Positions 55,142 to 64,000 of a stretch of DNA of 64,000 bases are shown here, one piece after another. Within the stretch, counting starts at the first letter, position 1, and each line of letters begins with the position of its first letter. Under the pieces are notes generated by a model. That model was not told the origin of the DNA and ran no database searches. It saw nothing but the letters and a program-made list of their open reading frames with translations. The DNA lies in the NCBI GenBank assembly GCA_965279115.1, contig OZ257137.1, forward strand, positions 433,847 to 497,846. The letters are read 5' to 3'. Position numbers and translations under genes: made by a program. The DNA comes from Burkholderiales bacterium. GTDB taxonomy: Bacteria; Pseudomonadota; Gammaproteobacteria; Burkholderiales; JAEUOS01.

Positions 55142-55836
55142 ATCAGGCTCCGCGCCGCGTGAGTGCCCCGCGAGCGCCGGTTCATCCATTCAGAGGCCGC
55201 CAGCGCCGCCAGCGACAGCAGGACGGAGATCGCACACAGCTTGAGCACCGCGGCGTCGCCGCCCGGACTCTGCGTGAAGTTGTAGATCGCCAGCGGCAGG
55301 GTCTGGGTTTCCCCGGGAATGTTGGACACGAAGGTGATGGTGGCGCCGAACTCACCCAGCGAGCGCGCGAAGGCCAGCAGGCCGCCCATGATGATGCCCG
55401 GCAGCGCCAATGGTAGCGTCACCGAGGCCAGCACCCGCCACCGGCTGGCACCCAGGGTGCGGGCGGCCGATTCCAGGCGCGGGTCGATGGCTTCGAGCGC
55501 AAGGCGGATCGCGCGCACCATCAACGGAAAGCCCATGATGCCGGCCGCCAGCGCGGCACCGGTCCAGCGGAACGCGAAGGTGAGGCCCAGCACCTGCTCG
55601 AAAAAAGCGCCGAACGGCCCCTTGCGGCCGAAGCCCAGCAGCAGGAAATAGCCGATCACCACCGGCGGCAGCACCAGCGGCAGATGGATCAGCGCATCGA
55701 ACAGGGTCTTGCCCGGAAAGCGCCCGCGCGCCAGCACCAGGGCCGCCGCCGCAGCCAGCGGCAGGGTGAAAACCACACTGGCCGCCGCGACCTTCAGGCT
55801 CAACAGGACAATGGTGATTTCTTCGGCAGACAGCAT
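55138..55836 (-). CDS. modB: molybdate ABC transporter permease
   Basis: 232 aa from ATG 55836. EAA-loop region EAIDPRLESAARTLGASRWRVLASVTLPLALPG. Followed by modC. Confidence 0.88.
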   Translation of the reverse strand: MLSAEEITIVLLSLKVAAASVVFTLPLAAAAALVLARGRFPGKTLFDALIHLPLVLPPVVIGYFLLLGFGRKGPFGAFFEQVLGLTFAFRWTGAALAAGIMGFPLMVRAIRLALEAIDPRLESAARTLGASRWRVLASVTLPLALPGIIMGGLLAFARSLGEFGATITFVSNIPGETQTLPLAIYNFTQSPGGDAAVLKLCAISVLLSLAALAASEWMNRRSRGTHAARSLM

Positions 55837-55899
55837 GCGCCGATTATCGCGTATGCCCATCCGGCCACGGCGACCGGAGGCATCGCTGGGAACCGGTGG

Positions 55900-56784
55900 T
55901 CAGCTGCAGAGCGCCAGCACTGCCTCGGCGAACAGGCGTGGTGCTTCCTGCGGCGGGTTGTGCCCTATGCCCGGAAACACTCGCCGCTCGTAGGGCCCGG
56001 TGAAAAAGCGCGCATGGTTCGCCGAGGTGTGCGGCGGATTTACGCCGTCGGCGTCGCCGTGGATGGTGATGGTCGGCACGCTGATCTTCGGCAGCCCCGC
56101 CAGGCGCGCCTCGGTCTCGGCATAACGCGCCTCGCCGGCGGCATTGCCCATGCGGTGGCGATAGGAATGCACCACCACGTCGACGAAGTCCGGATTGTCC
56201 AGCGACGGCGCCGTCCGCTGCCAGGTGGCCTCGTCGAAGTGCCAGGTGGGCGACCACAGCTTCCACAGCAGCCGGCACAGTTCCGCGCGGCGGGTGGCGA
56301 GCGCATTGCGGCCGCGCTGGGTGTGAAAGTAATACTGGTACCAGAAACGCTGTTCCTGCTCGGGATCGGCTGGCGCGGCCGAGCCGGCGATGTCCTGGAT
56401 CTGGTAGCCGCAACAGGTGACCAATCCATGTATCCGCTCCGGACGCAACGCGGCGGCCACGCAGGCGGCGCGCCCGCCCCAGTCGAAGCCCGCCACCACC
56501 GCGCGCGGCAGTTGCAGCGCGTCGAGCAACTCGATCAGGTCCTGTCCGATGGCCGCCTGCTGGCCGGAGCGCGGCGTGTCGGCGGAAAAGAACCGCGTGC
56601 CGCCGTGGCCGCGCAGGCAGGGCACAACGGTGCGCAGGCCCTCAGCGTTGAGGATGGGTACCACCTCGTCGTAGCAATGCTGGTCGTAGGGAAAGCCATG
56701 CAACAGCACTACCGTCATGGCATCGGGCGGGCCGCTGATCTCGCAGGCAACATCAAGTACGGAGGTGAGAACTCGCTGGGTCAT
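55900..56784 (-). CDS. alpha/beta hydrolase fold protein (epoxide hydrolase / haloalkane dehalogenase-like)
   Basis: VVLLHGFPYD oxyanion region, nucleophile elbow AGFDWGG (Asp nucleophile type), and C-terminal GIGHNPPQEAP. ATG 56784 is preceded by AAGGAG. Confidence 0.8.
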   Translation of the reverse strand: MTQRVLTSVLDVACEISGPPDAMTVVLLHGFPYDQHCYDEVVPILNAEGLRTVVPCLRGHGGTRFFSADTPRSGQQAAIGQDLIELLDALQLPRAVVAGFDWGGRAACVAAALRPERIHGLVTCCGYQIQDIAGSAAPADPEQEQRFWYQYYFHTQRGRNALATRRAELCRLLWKLWSPTWHFDEATWQRTAPSLDNPDFVDVVVHSYRHRMGNAAGEARYAETEARLAGLPKISVPTITIHGDADGVNPPHTSANHARFFTGPYERRVFPGIGHNPPQEAPRLFAEAVLALCS

Positions 56785-56998
56785 GCCGCGGCACTCCTTG
56801 AATGAAAGCTTCTGCATCCTACTGCATGGCGGCGCCGGGTTTCCCGCTGCGCGCCTCAAGCGACGCGCATGAACGCAGGTGATACACCCACTCGCAGAGT
56901 GGCCATGTTTTCGACGCCCCGACAGGCATACACTGGAATCGGCTTCAGACGGGATGGCTCCTGCCCCGCGGGAGACGGGTCTCGTCCAAGGAGGACCC

Positions 56999-59900
56999 AT
57001 GCGGCCCCGATTCCAATTCCCGCCCGCGCACGAACGCGATCGTCGTCTCACGCTGGCAGGCGCGGTCCTGCTTGTGGCCTTTGCGGTCGTGCTGGCAGCC
57101 ACAGGCGTGGTGCCGCCTGAAGCGGATGGCGGCTACTGGACACCTAATCCACACCCCTGGCTGGCGGCGATACTGGCCGTCTCCGCGACATCCGGCCTGT
57201 TCCTGCTGAACTGGCTGCGCGGACAGCGCCAGCCACCCCCGGGCGCAAGCAGTGGCGCGACATCGCGCTACTCGATGAAGGTATTGCTGGTGACGCTGGT
57301 CGCGTCGGTCGCCCTGCCACTGGCTTTCCTTCTCGCCCATCACATGCAGCGCGAAGCCACGCTCGAGGTCGAAAAGGCCAGGCAGTTCGTCACCGGACTG
57401 GCCGACGTTACCGCCGCCGACACCACCGCGGCGCTCGCCGAGTCCGAGCGCATCGCCCGATACCTTGCCGAACGGCAGATGGTTCGTTCGCTCGACCCCG
57501 CCCGTTGCGACCCCTACCTGCATGAACTGAGGAAGCTCAATCGGTACTACGCCAACCTGGCCACCGTCGACGCCGAAGGCAACAGTGTCTGCTCGACCAT
57601 TCAGGCACCCTCCGGCGCACGCCTGAACATCGGCAATCCGGCCTGGCTGCAAAACCTGAAGGCCAACAACAATCTTTCGGTGAGCGGGCCACAGACGGGC
57701 ATCTACAGCGGCCGCTGGATCATTGTCGTGGCGTATCCGATCCGCGACGATAGCGGCGCCGTCACCGGGGCCGCCCAGGTGGTGCTTGACCTTGACGCCT
57801 TTCAACCCGTGGTGCGGGCCGCACTGCCCGCGGGCGGTGTGGTCGGCCTGATGGATGGCAAGGGCGTGGTGATCGCGCGCTCCGGTCCGACACCGGTCGC
57901 GGTTGGCCGCGACATCAGCGGCACCGACATCGGCCGGTCGATTCTGACGCGCAAGCAAGCCAGCGAAATCCTGGTGGGCAACGACGGCGTGGAACGCTAC
58001 TACGCCTATCGCAAGGTCGATCGCGCCGACTGGTATGCCATCGTCGGCTTGCCGACCGACCTGGTCTACGCGGAGGCTCGGCGCAACACGCGCCTGAACC
58101 TGCTGGTCGGAGCCGTGGTCACGCTCTTTTCAGGGTTGCTCGCTTTCATGGTGCACCGGCGCATCGTCAAGCCGCTGGCGGCGCTGCGCGATACGGCACG
58201 CGCGATCGCGGGCGGCGACAAGAGTCGCCGGGCTCCCGAAAACGGACCCACGGAGATTGCCGAAGTATCGACAACATTCAACCGGCTGATGGACCTGATA
58301 CCCCGGATCGAGGGACAACTGCAAGTCAGCGAGGACCACTACCGCCTGCTTTTCGAATCCTCGCCGGATGCGATTCGCGTGGTGTGCGACAACCGCATCG
58401 TCATGCTCAACCATGCCGCGGTCGTGTTGCACGGCGTTTCATCCAAGGAAGCATTGCTGGGCCGCAATGTGATTGACACCATGCATCCGGACTATCGCGA
58501 CCGGGTCCGCGAACGCATCCGCGCCGTTCTCGAAGAACGGCAGGTGCTGCCGCGCGACGAACAAATCCTGGTCAGGGACGACGGCTCGGAATGCTGGGTC
58601 GAGTCGATTGTCCTGCCGTTCACCTATCAGGGCAAGGCGGCGTTGCTGAGCATTGTCCGCGACCTGAGCGTGCGCAAAAGCACGGAACAGCGCGTCCAGC
58701 GCCTGATCGACCTGCGCCTGACCGTGGGCGACGTCAACGCGGCCATCACGCGTGAGCGTGACTGGCGGGCCCTGTGCGAGTCGGCGGCGCGCATTGTCGT
58801 GGAGCGGGGTCGCATGTCTTCGGCACTGGTTCGCATGCACGACCCCGTGACCGACAACCTGATTCCGTGGGCCGGCCACCTGCCGCGCACCGACCTCCCC
58901 GCTCCCGGGGTCGTCTCCGCGTCCGACCCGCAATCTCCGACGGCGCGCGCGTTCGCGTCCGGGCGTCGCGTGATCATCAACCGCATCGAGAGTGCCGGTG
59001 TCGACATCGCGATACAGACGGCGGCCAGTGCCCGGGGAATCGTCTCGGCGGGCGTGTTTCCAATCATGTGGGAAGGTCGCGCCATCGGCACGTTTGCGGT
59101 TTTTTCCGGCGAGACCGAGGTTTTCGATGACGAGTTTTCCGGATTGCTCGAGGAGATCGCCGCGAATCTGGCATTCGCCAACGCCAAGTACAAGACCGAG
59201 GAAGCGCTGGCCGAAACCAACGAGCGCCTGACCGGCATGATCGGTTCGGCCATGGACGCCATCATCACCGTCGATTCGGGAATGCGCGTGGCCGTGTTCA
59301 ACCGCGCCGCGGAATCCATGTTCGGCATCGACGCGACCACGGCCATCGGCATGCCCCTGGAGACCCTTCTGCCGCAGGGTTACCGGAGTGCGCACGCCGG
59401 ATGGATGCGCAGCTTCGCCGCAGGCGGGAAGAGCACACGCTCCATGGGCAATCCCGGCAAGGTCATGGCCAGGCGCGCCAATGGCGACGAGTTTCCGGTG
59501 GAAGCTTCGATTTCGCACGCACGCACCGGCCGCGACATCATGTACACGGTGATCATGCGCGACGTCACCGGACGCCTCGCCACCGAACGCTCGCTCGCGG
59601 AGGCCGAGCGCCGCTATCGCAGCCTGGTGGAAAACTCGCCAGGCGGCGTCGCATTGATGGACCGTGACATCATCGAATACGCGAATCCGGGACTGGTCCG
59701 GATGTTCGGTTTCGACAAGTCCGCGGACGCGGTGGGAACCAGCATTTTCGGCCTGCTGGCACCGGCGTTTCACAGCCGTGTGCGCAACAATCTCAACTTC
59801 CTCGCAAAGTCCGCCGGTCATGCCGTTCCGAATGGACGGATGCGGATGATCCGCCGTGATGGCAGCGTGATCGACGTGGAGGCTGCCGCCACCTCGATAG

Positions 59901-60715
59901 ATCTGGGCGGACGCACCCTGATCCAGGTCGAAATGCGCGATGTCACGCGGGAATTGCACGCGCTGGCCGAAATCCACAGCCTGAACCGTTCGCTGGAGGC
60001 GCGCATCGAAGCCAGGACCGCAGAGCTGACGCGGGCGAATCGCGACCTGGAGGCGTTTGCCTACTCGATCGCCCATGACCTGCGCGGACCGTTGAGAAGC
60101 ATGACCGGATTCGCGCAACTGCTCGCGATTGACGAGCAGGAGGGAAATCCGGATCAAGTCCGTGCCCACGTCGAGCGCATCGTCTCCAACGCCAGCCGGA
60201 TGAACGAACTCATTGACGGGCTGCTCAGGGTCGCACGCGCCTCCCACGTCGCGCTCGAACGGCTGCCCGTCGACATGGCGTCATTGGCGGTTTCGGTCAT
60301 CGCCGAAGTGAAGGGGGAAAGTCGCGCGCGGATTGAAGTAGGCAAGCTTCCCGTGGTGCTTGGCGACCCGCTGGCACTGCGCCAGGTCTGGACAAACCTG
60401 CTATCCAACGCCCTGAAATACAGCGCCAGGTCCGAGGTCCCCGAGATCAAGGTCGCACACCGCACGGAAGGCGCTGAATTGATCTTCAGCGTTGCCGACA
60501 ATGGCGCCGGCTTCGACGCCGCATTTGCCGACAAGCTTTTCGGCGTGTTCCAGCGCCTGCATGCCGCCACCGACTTCGAAGGCACCGGCATCGGGCTTGC
60601 CATCGTGCGCAGGATAGTGGAACGGCACGACGGTCGCGTGTGGGCGGAGGGCAGGCCCGGGGCAGGCGCGACCTTCCATTTTTCCCTGCCGATCAGCCGG
60701 CTGTCGCCGCCGTGA
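56999..60715 (+). CDS. multi-domain sensor histidine kinase (TM - dCache-like periplasmic domain - TM - HAMP - PAS/GAF/PAS/PAS - HisKA - HATPase)
   Basis: AAGGAGG RBS. Cache-like block YYANLATVDAEGNSVCST...WIIVVAYPIRDDSGAVTG. HAMP block IVKPLAALRDTARAIAGGD. Several PAS cores. H-box FAYSIAHDLRGPL. G-boxes DNGAGF and GTGIGL. Confidence 0.88.
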   Translation: MRPRFQFPPAHERDRRLTLAGAVLLVAFAVVLAATGVVPPEADGGYWTPNPHPWLAAILAVSATSGLFLLNWLRGQRQPPPGASSGATSRYSMKVLLVTLVASVALPLAFLLAHHMQREATLEVEKARQFVTGLADVTAADTTAALAESERIARYLAERQMVRSLDPARCDPYLHELRKLNRYYANLATVDAEGNSVCSTIQAPSGARLNIGNPAWLQNLKANNNLSVSGPQTGIYSGRWIIVVAYPIRDDSGAVTGAAQVVLDLDAFQPVVRAALPAGGVVGLMDGKGVVIARSGPTPVAVGRDISGTDIGRSILTRKQASEILVGNDGVERYYAYRKVDRADWYAIVGLPTDLVYAEARRNTRLNLLVGAVVTLFSGLLAFMVHRRIVKPLAALRDTARAIAGGDKSRRAPENGPTEIAEVSTTFNRLMDLIPRIEGQLQVSEDHYRLLFESSPDAIRVVCDNRIVMLNHAAVVLHGVSSKEALLGRNVIDTMHPDYRDRVRERIRAVLEERQVLPRDEQILVRDDGSECWVESIVLPFTYQGKAALLSIVRDLSVRKSTEQRVQRLIDLRLTVGDVNAAITRERDWRALCESAARIVVERGRMSSALVRMHDPVTDNLIPWAGHLPRTDLPAPGVVSASDPQSPTARAFASGRRVIINRIESAGVDIAIQTAASARGIVSAGVFPIMWEGRAIGTFAVFSGETEVFDDEFSGLLEEIAANLAFANAKYKTEEALAETNERLTGMIGSAMDAIITVDSGMRVAVFNRAAESMFGIDATTAIGMPLETLLPQGYRSAHAGWMRSFAAGGKSTRSMGNPGKVMARRANGDEFPVEASISHARTGRDIMYTVIMRDVTGRLATERSLAEAERRYRSLVENSPGGVALMDRDIIEYANPGLVRMFGFDKSADAVGTSIFGLLAPAFHSRVRNNLNFLAKSAGHAVPNGRMRMIRRDGSVIDVEAAATSIDLGGRTLIQVEMRDVTRELHALAEIHSLNRSLEARIEARTAELTRANRDLEAFAYSIAHDLRGPLRSMTGFAQLLAIDEQEGNPDQVRAHVERIVSNASRMNELIDGLLRVARASHVALERLPVDMASLAVSVIAEVKGESRARIEVGKLPVVLGDPLALRQVWTNLLSNALKYSARSEVPEIKVAHRTEGAELIFSVADNGAGFDAAFADKLFGVFQRLHAATDFEGTGIGLAIVRRIVERHDGRVWAEGRPGAGATFHFSLPISRLSPP

Positions 60716-60756
60716 CTGGCAATATGCGGCGCGCACGCGCGATCCATCCACAGCGA

Positions 60757-61752
60757 TCAACTGCCGCGAGGCTTGATGGCGCGCGTCCCTTGCACCGCCT
60801 GGCCCCCGGCGGGCCGCTTCCTCGCTGTGCCGGCACGCGCTTTCGGCAGGTGCGCGTTTCTCACCCTTTCGGCCGCACGCCTGACCACGTCGCAGAAATA
60901 CTCTGCCGCCGGCGTGAGCGGCAATCCCGCACGGCGCACCACGCACATCGGCGGTGACGGCAGGGGTTCGGCCACCGGAATGGTTTGCAGCACGTCGCGG
61001 GTGAGCGGCGAGGTGATCCACTGCACCGGCAGCATCATCAGCAGGTCCGAACTGGTGATGGCGATAATGAAGGTGAGCGCCGAGTGCGACTGCATCACCA
61101 GACGCGGTGCCGGCAGGCCGTTCTGCGCGAACAGCGGGCCGAGTTCCTCCTCGGCCTTGCGGGTGATCGATGTGGTGATCCATTCGGCGTCGGCCAGGTC
61201 CTTCAGTGAACGTGCACCGGCCAGCGGGTGGCCCTTGCGGCCGATGATCACGCGGGTGTTGTCGAAGAGCTTTTCCACCACCAGGCCGGCGGCGGCCGGC
61301 GCGCCCGGCGGCGGACCGATGTAGCAATCCAGCGTGCCGTCGCGCAGCGCCCGTTCGTAGGTAGGGAAGACGCCCTCGAACATGTCGAGGTGGACGCCTG
61401 GGTAGCGCTTGCGGAACGCCCCCAGCGCTTCCGGCAGGAGTGCGATGTGCGCCACCGTCGACAGGCACACGCTCAGGCTGCCATAGGACTGGCCCTGCAG
61501 CTGCCCCACCTCGTCGCGCGCGCGCTTGAGTTCGCTGTGGGCGGCGTTGGCGCGGCGGATGAAGCGCTCGCCGACGGCGGTTACGACCACGCCGCTGGAA
61601 CTGCGCTCGAAGAGGGCCACGCCGAGTTCGCGCTCCAGCTCGCGGATGCTGCGCGTCAGTGCCGGCTGCGCCACGCCGAGGTGGCGCGCGGCGGCGCGCA
61701 GGCTGCCATGCTCGGCGACCGCCAGCACGTCACGCAAATGGTTGATCTTCAT
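60757..61752 (-). CDS. LysR family transcriptional regulator
   Basis: MKINHLRDVLAVAEHGSLRAAARHLGVAQPALTRSIRELERELGVALFERS wHTH. Divergent from the Bug/Rieske module. Confidence 0.9.
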   Translation of the reverse strand: MKINHLRDVLAVAEHGSLRAAARHLGVAQPALTRSIRELERELGVALFERSSSGVVVTAVGERFIRRANAAHSELKRARDEVGQLQGQSYGSLSVCLSTVAHIALLPEALGAFRKRYPGVHLDMFEGVFPTYERALRDGTLDCYIGPPPGAPAAAGLVVEKLFDNTRVIIGRKGHPLAGARSLKDLADAEWITTSITRKAEEELGPLFAQNGLPAPRLVMQSHSALTFIIAITSSDLLMMLPVQWITSPLTRDVLQTIPVAEPLPSPPMCVVRRAGLPLTPAAEYFCDVVRRAAERVRNAHLPKARAGTARKRPAGGQAVQGTRAIKPRGS

Positions 61753-61755
61753 GCC

Positions 61756-61772
61756 GATACCAAATTGTTATC
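61756..61772. promoter_or_regulatory. LysR-type T-N11-A box candidate (GATAccaaattgtTATC)
   Basis: Inverted repeat read from the sequence in the divergent LysR / Bug intergenic region. Confidence 0.3.
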
Positions 61773-61865
61773 ACCCTGATGATATTGCCATCTTTTGCTA
61801 TTGACGTGGGCTTGCGTAGCATCCGGGGCTAGCGTCGCCGAACCATCGGTGACAGATACCAAGAC

Positions 61866-62885
61866 ATGGAGAAGACAATGAACATCAGGTCGCTTGATGC
61901 GGCGCGGCGCGCGCTGGTTCGCCTGGTCGCAGCCATCCTGCTCATCACCGGCGCGGGGCTGTGCACCGCCGGTAGCGCACTGGCGCAAGCCTGGCCCAGC
62001 AAGCCGGTGCGCCTGGTGCTGCCCTTCCCGGCGGGGGTGCCACCGGACATCGTCGCGCGACTGATGGCCGACAAGCTGTCCGCCCTGTGGGGCCAGGGCG
62101 TGGTGGTGGACAACCGCGGCGGTGCCGGCGGCATCGCCGCGATGTCCGGCTTTGTGCGCATGCCGGCCGATGGCTATACCCTGGCCTTCGTCGCCGCCTC
62201 CACCGTCACGCTCACACCGCACCTGTTCAAGGACCCGCAGTTCAATGTCGACCGCGACCTGGCGATCGCGGCCGTGGCCGCCACCGGGCCGATGATGATC
62301 ACCGTCAATCCCGCCCTGCCGGTACAAACCCTGCCTGACCTCGTCAAGCATGTGAAGTCGCAGCCCGGCAAGGTGAATTTCGCGGCCACCCTGCTCAACT
62401 CGGTGCCGCACCTGACTGGGCTGATGCTCAACCGTTCGGCCGGCATGGAGATGTACCCGGTGCCTTACAACGGCTCGGTGCCGGCCATCACCGCCACCGT
62501 GGCAGGCGAGGCGCAGGTAGTGATCGACGGACTGCCGACGCTGGTGCAGCATGTCAAGGCGGGCAAATTGCGCGCCATCGCCGTCACCTCGGAGAAACGC
62601 CTGCCCGGGTTCGAGTCGGTGCCCACGGCGTCGGAGACCATCCCCGGCTTCGAGCCGCTCGGCTGGTTCGCCGTTTTCGCCCCGGCGGGCACGCCCACCG
62701 CGGTGATTGAAAAGGTCAATGCCGACGTCAACCGTGTGGCGCAGATGCCGGACATCAGTGCTCGCCTGGCCGACCTGGGCATGTACCCTCGCCCCGGCCC
62801 GGTCGCGTCCGCTGCCGAGTTCCTGCGTTCCGAACGGGCGCTGTGGCAGAAGGTGGTCAAGGACTTCAACATCCCGGCGCAATGA
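61866..62885 (+). CDS. Bug family TTT substrate-binding protein
   Basis: Signal peptide then WPSKPVRLVLPFPAGVPPD..VVDNRGGAGG Bug signature. Alternative ATG at 61878. Confidence 0.85.
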   Translation: MEKTMNIRSLDAARRALVRLVAAILLITGAGLCTAGSALAQAWPSKPVRLVLPFPAGVPPDIVARLMADKLSALWGQGVVVDNRGGAGGIAAMSGFVRMPADGYTLAFVAASTVTLTPHLFKDPQFNVDRDLAIAAVAATGPMMITVNPALPVQTLPDLVKHVKSQPGKVNFAATLLNSVPHLTGLMLNRSAGMEMYPVPYNGSVPAITATVAGEAQVVIDGLPTLVQHVKAGKLRAIAVTSEKRLPGFESVPTASETIPGFEPLGWFAVFAPAGTPTAVIEKVNADVNRVAQMPDISARLADLGMYPRPGPVASAAEFLRSERALWQKVVKDFNIPAQ

Positions 62886-63940
62886 CCATGTTCATACGCA
62901 AATGCTGGTATGTCGCGGCCTGGCCGCATGAACTGACCGACAAGCCGCTCGCGCGCACCCTGCTGGGTGACCCGGTGGTGCTGTACCGCCAGGCCGACGG
63001 CGTGGCCGTGGCGCTGGAAGACCGTTGCTGCCATCGTGACCTGCCGCTTTCGATGGGCCAGGTGTGCGGCGACCGCATCGTGTGCATGTACCACGGCCTG
63101 GCCTTCGACAAGACCGGCAAGTGCGTGCATATCCCGGTGCAGGACCACATTCCGGAGAACGCGCGGGTGCGCGGTTATCCGCTCATCGAGCAGGACGGCA
63201 TCGTGTGGATCTGGATGGGCGACCCGGCGCTGGCCGACCCGGCCGACATCCTGGACTACCCGTGGCACAACGATCCCGGGTGGGCGCACCGCACCGGCTA
63301 CTACCATCTCGCCGGCCGCCACGAGCTCGTCAACGACAACCTGATGGATCTCTCGCATGTGGGCTGGGTGCACCGGCAGACCATCGGCGGCACGCCCGAG
63401 GCGCACTCGCGGGCCGCCATGAAAACCGAGCGCCAGGGCGACAGCGTGATCGTGCGCCGCTGGATGCCGGACACCGTGCCGCCGCCCACCTATGTGCGCG
63501 CGGTCGGCTTCACCGGCAACATCGACCGCTGGATGGAAATCCGCTTCAAGCCCGGCGTGATCTGGATCTATGTCGGTGCCAACGATGCAGGCAAAGGCAT
63601 CGACGAGACCACCTATCGCAACACACTGGGCGGCCGCATCTTCGACGGCGTCACCCCGGAAACGGCGACAACCACGCACTATTTCTTCAGCGCGGCGCAC
63701 AACTTCCATGTCGACAAGCCGCCGGTGACCACCGCTTTCTTCAACGAGATCCTCGCAACCTTCGAGGAAGACCGCGTGGTCATCGAGGCGCAGCAGGCGC
63801 GCGCGCTGCCCGGCCGCAAGCAACTCGGCATACAGAGCGATGCCGGCGGCGTGCAGGTGCGACGCATCATCGCCGAGCGCCTGGCGGCCGAAAGCGCGAC
63901 GTATGGCGCGGCTGCCGCTCCGCAAGGGGAACCGGCATGA
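62882..63940 (+). CDS. Rieske (2Fe-2S) aromatic ring-hydroxylating / O-demethylating oxygenase component (VanA-like, class IA)
   Basis: KCWYVAAWPHEL, the Rieske motif CCHRDLPLS..CMYHGLAF, and mononuclear Fe motif NLMDLSHVGWVH. ATGA overlap with the Bug gene. Confidence 0.85.
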   Translation: MTMFIRKCWYVAAWPHELTDKPLARTLLGDPVVLYRQADGVAVALEDRCCHRDLPLSMGQVCGDRIVCMYHGLAFDKTGKCVHIPVQDHIPENARVRGYPLIEQDGIVWIWMGDPALADPADILDYPWHNDPGWAHRTGYYHLAGRHELVNDNLMDLSHVGWVHRQTIGGTPEAHSRAAMKTERQGDSVIVRRWMPDTVPPPTYVRAVGFTGNIDRWMEIRFKPGVIWIYVGANDAGKGIDETTYRNTLGGRIFDGVTPETATTTHYFFSAAHNFHVDKPPVTTAFFNEILATFEEDRVVIEAQQARALPGRKQLGIQSDAGGVQVRRIIAERLAAESATYGAAAAPQGEPA

Positions 63941-64000
63941 TGGCGAAAGCCGAAACCCATGCCACCCGGGTCCTGATCGTCGGCGCCGGTCCGGCCGGCC
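63937..64000 (+). CDS. FAD/NAD(P)-binding oxidoreductase, N-terminal fragment (runs off window)
   Basis: ATGA overlap with the Rieske gene. MMAKAETHATRVLIVGAGPAG is a Rossmann GxGxxG start. Confidence 0.6.
   Translation, partial: MMAKAETHATRVLIVGAGPAG

Overview
High-GC (about two thirds G+C by eye) chromosomal window from a betaproteobacterium, judged from gene content: a conserved ilvI / ECF-sigma / DUF3619 / DUF3106 / RDD block, pilT-pilU, several Bug-type (TTT) solute-binding proteins, and an AorABC-type tungsten aldehyde oxidoreductase. I call about 62 protein genes, one SRP RNA, several hairpins and palindromes, and one gene remnant. No rRNA, tRNA, CRISPR array, transposase or integrase was found. 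The first ~27 kb is mostly housekeeping (proC, yggS, ubiA, recG, aceA, dnaX, ybaB, pdxH). It is interrupted by a small catabolic island containing two Bug proteins, a DUF3500 protein with a very histidine-rich tail, an FAD monooxygenase and a LysR regulator. The most interesting part is 30.3-46.5 kb. It holds (i) an eight-gene, translationally coupled operon of membrane proteins plus a MoxR ATPase and a DUF58 (VWA-like) protein with no assigned function, (ii) the aorABC operon, and (iii) a divergent CoxD/CoxE-like MoxR+VWA pair split by a ~2.1 kb block. That block carries an orphan polytopic membrane protein with a poly-glycine tail and a racemase gene remnant. Further on lie split modA / modBC genes, an orphan gentisate dioxygenase, a BLUF protein convergent with a bacteriophytochrome kinase, a very large Cache/HAMP/PAS/GAF kinase, and a LysR/Bug/Rieske-oxygenase module. 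All family assignments come from motifs I recognise by reading the translations. No database search was possible, so DUF names and gene symbols need HMM/BLAST confirmation. Many long ORFs in the track are antisense or out-of-frame artefacts of the high GC content and were rejected.
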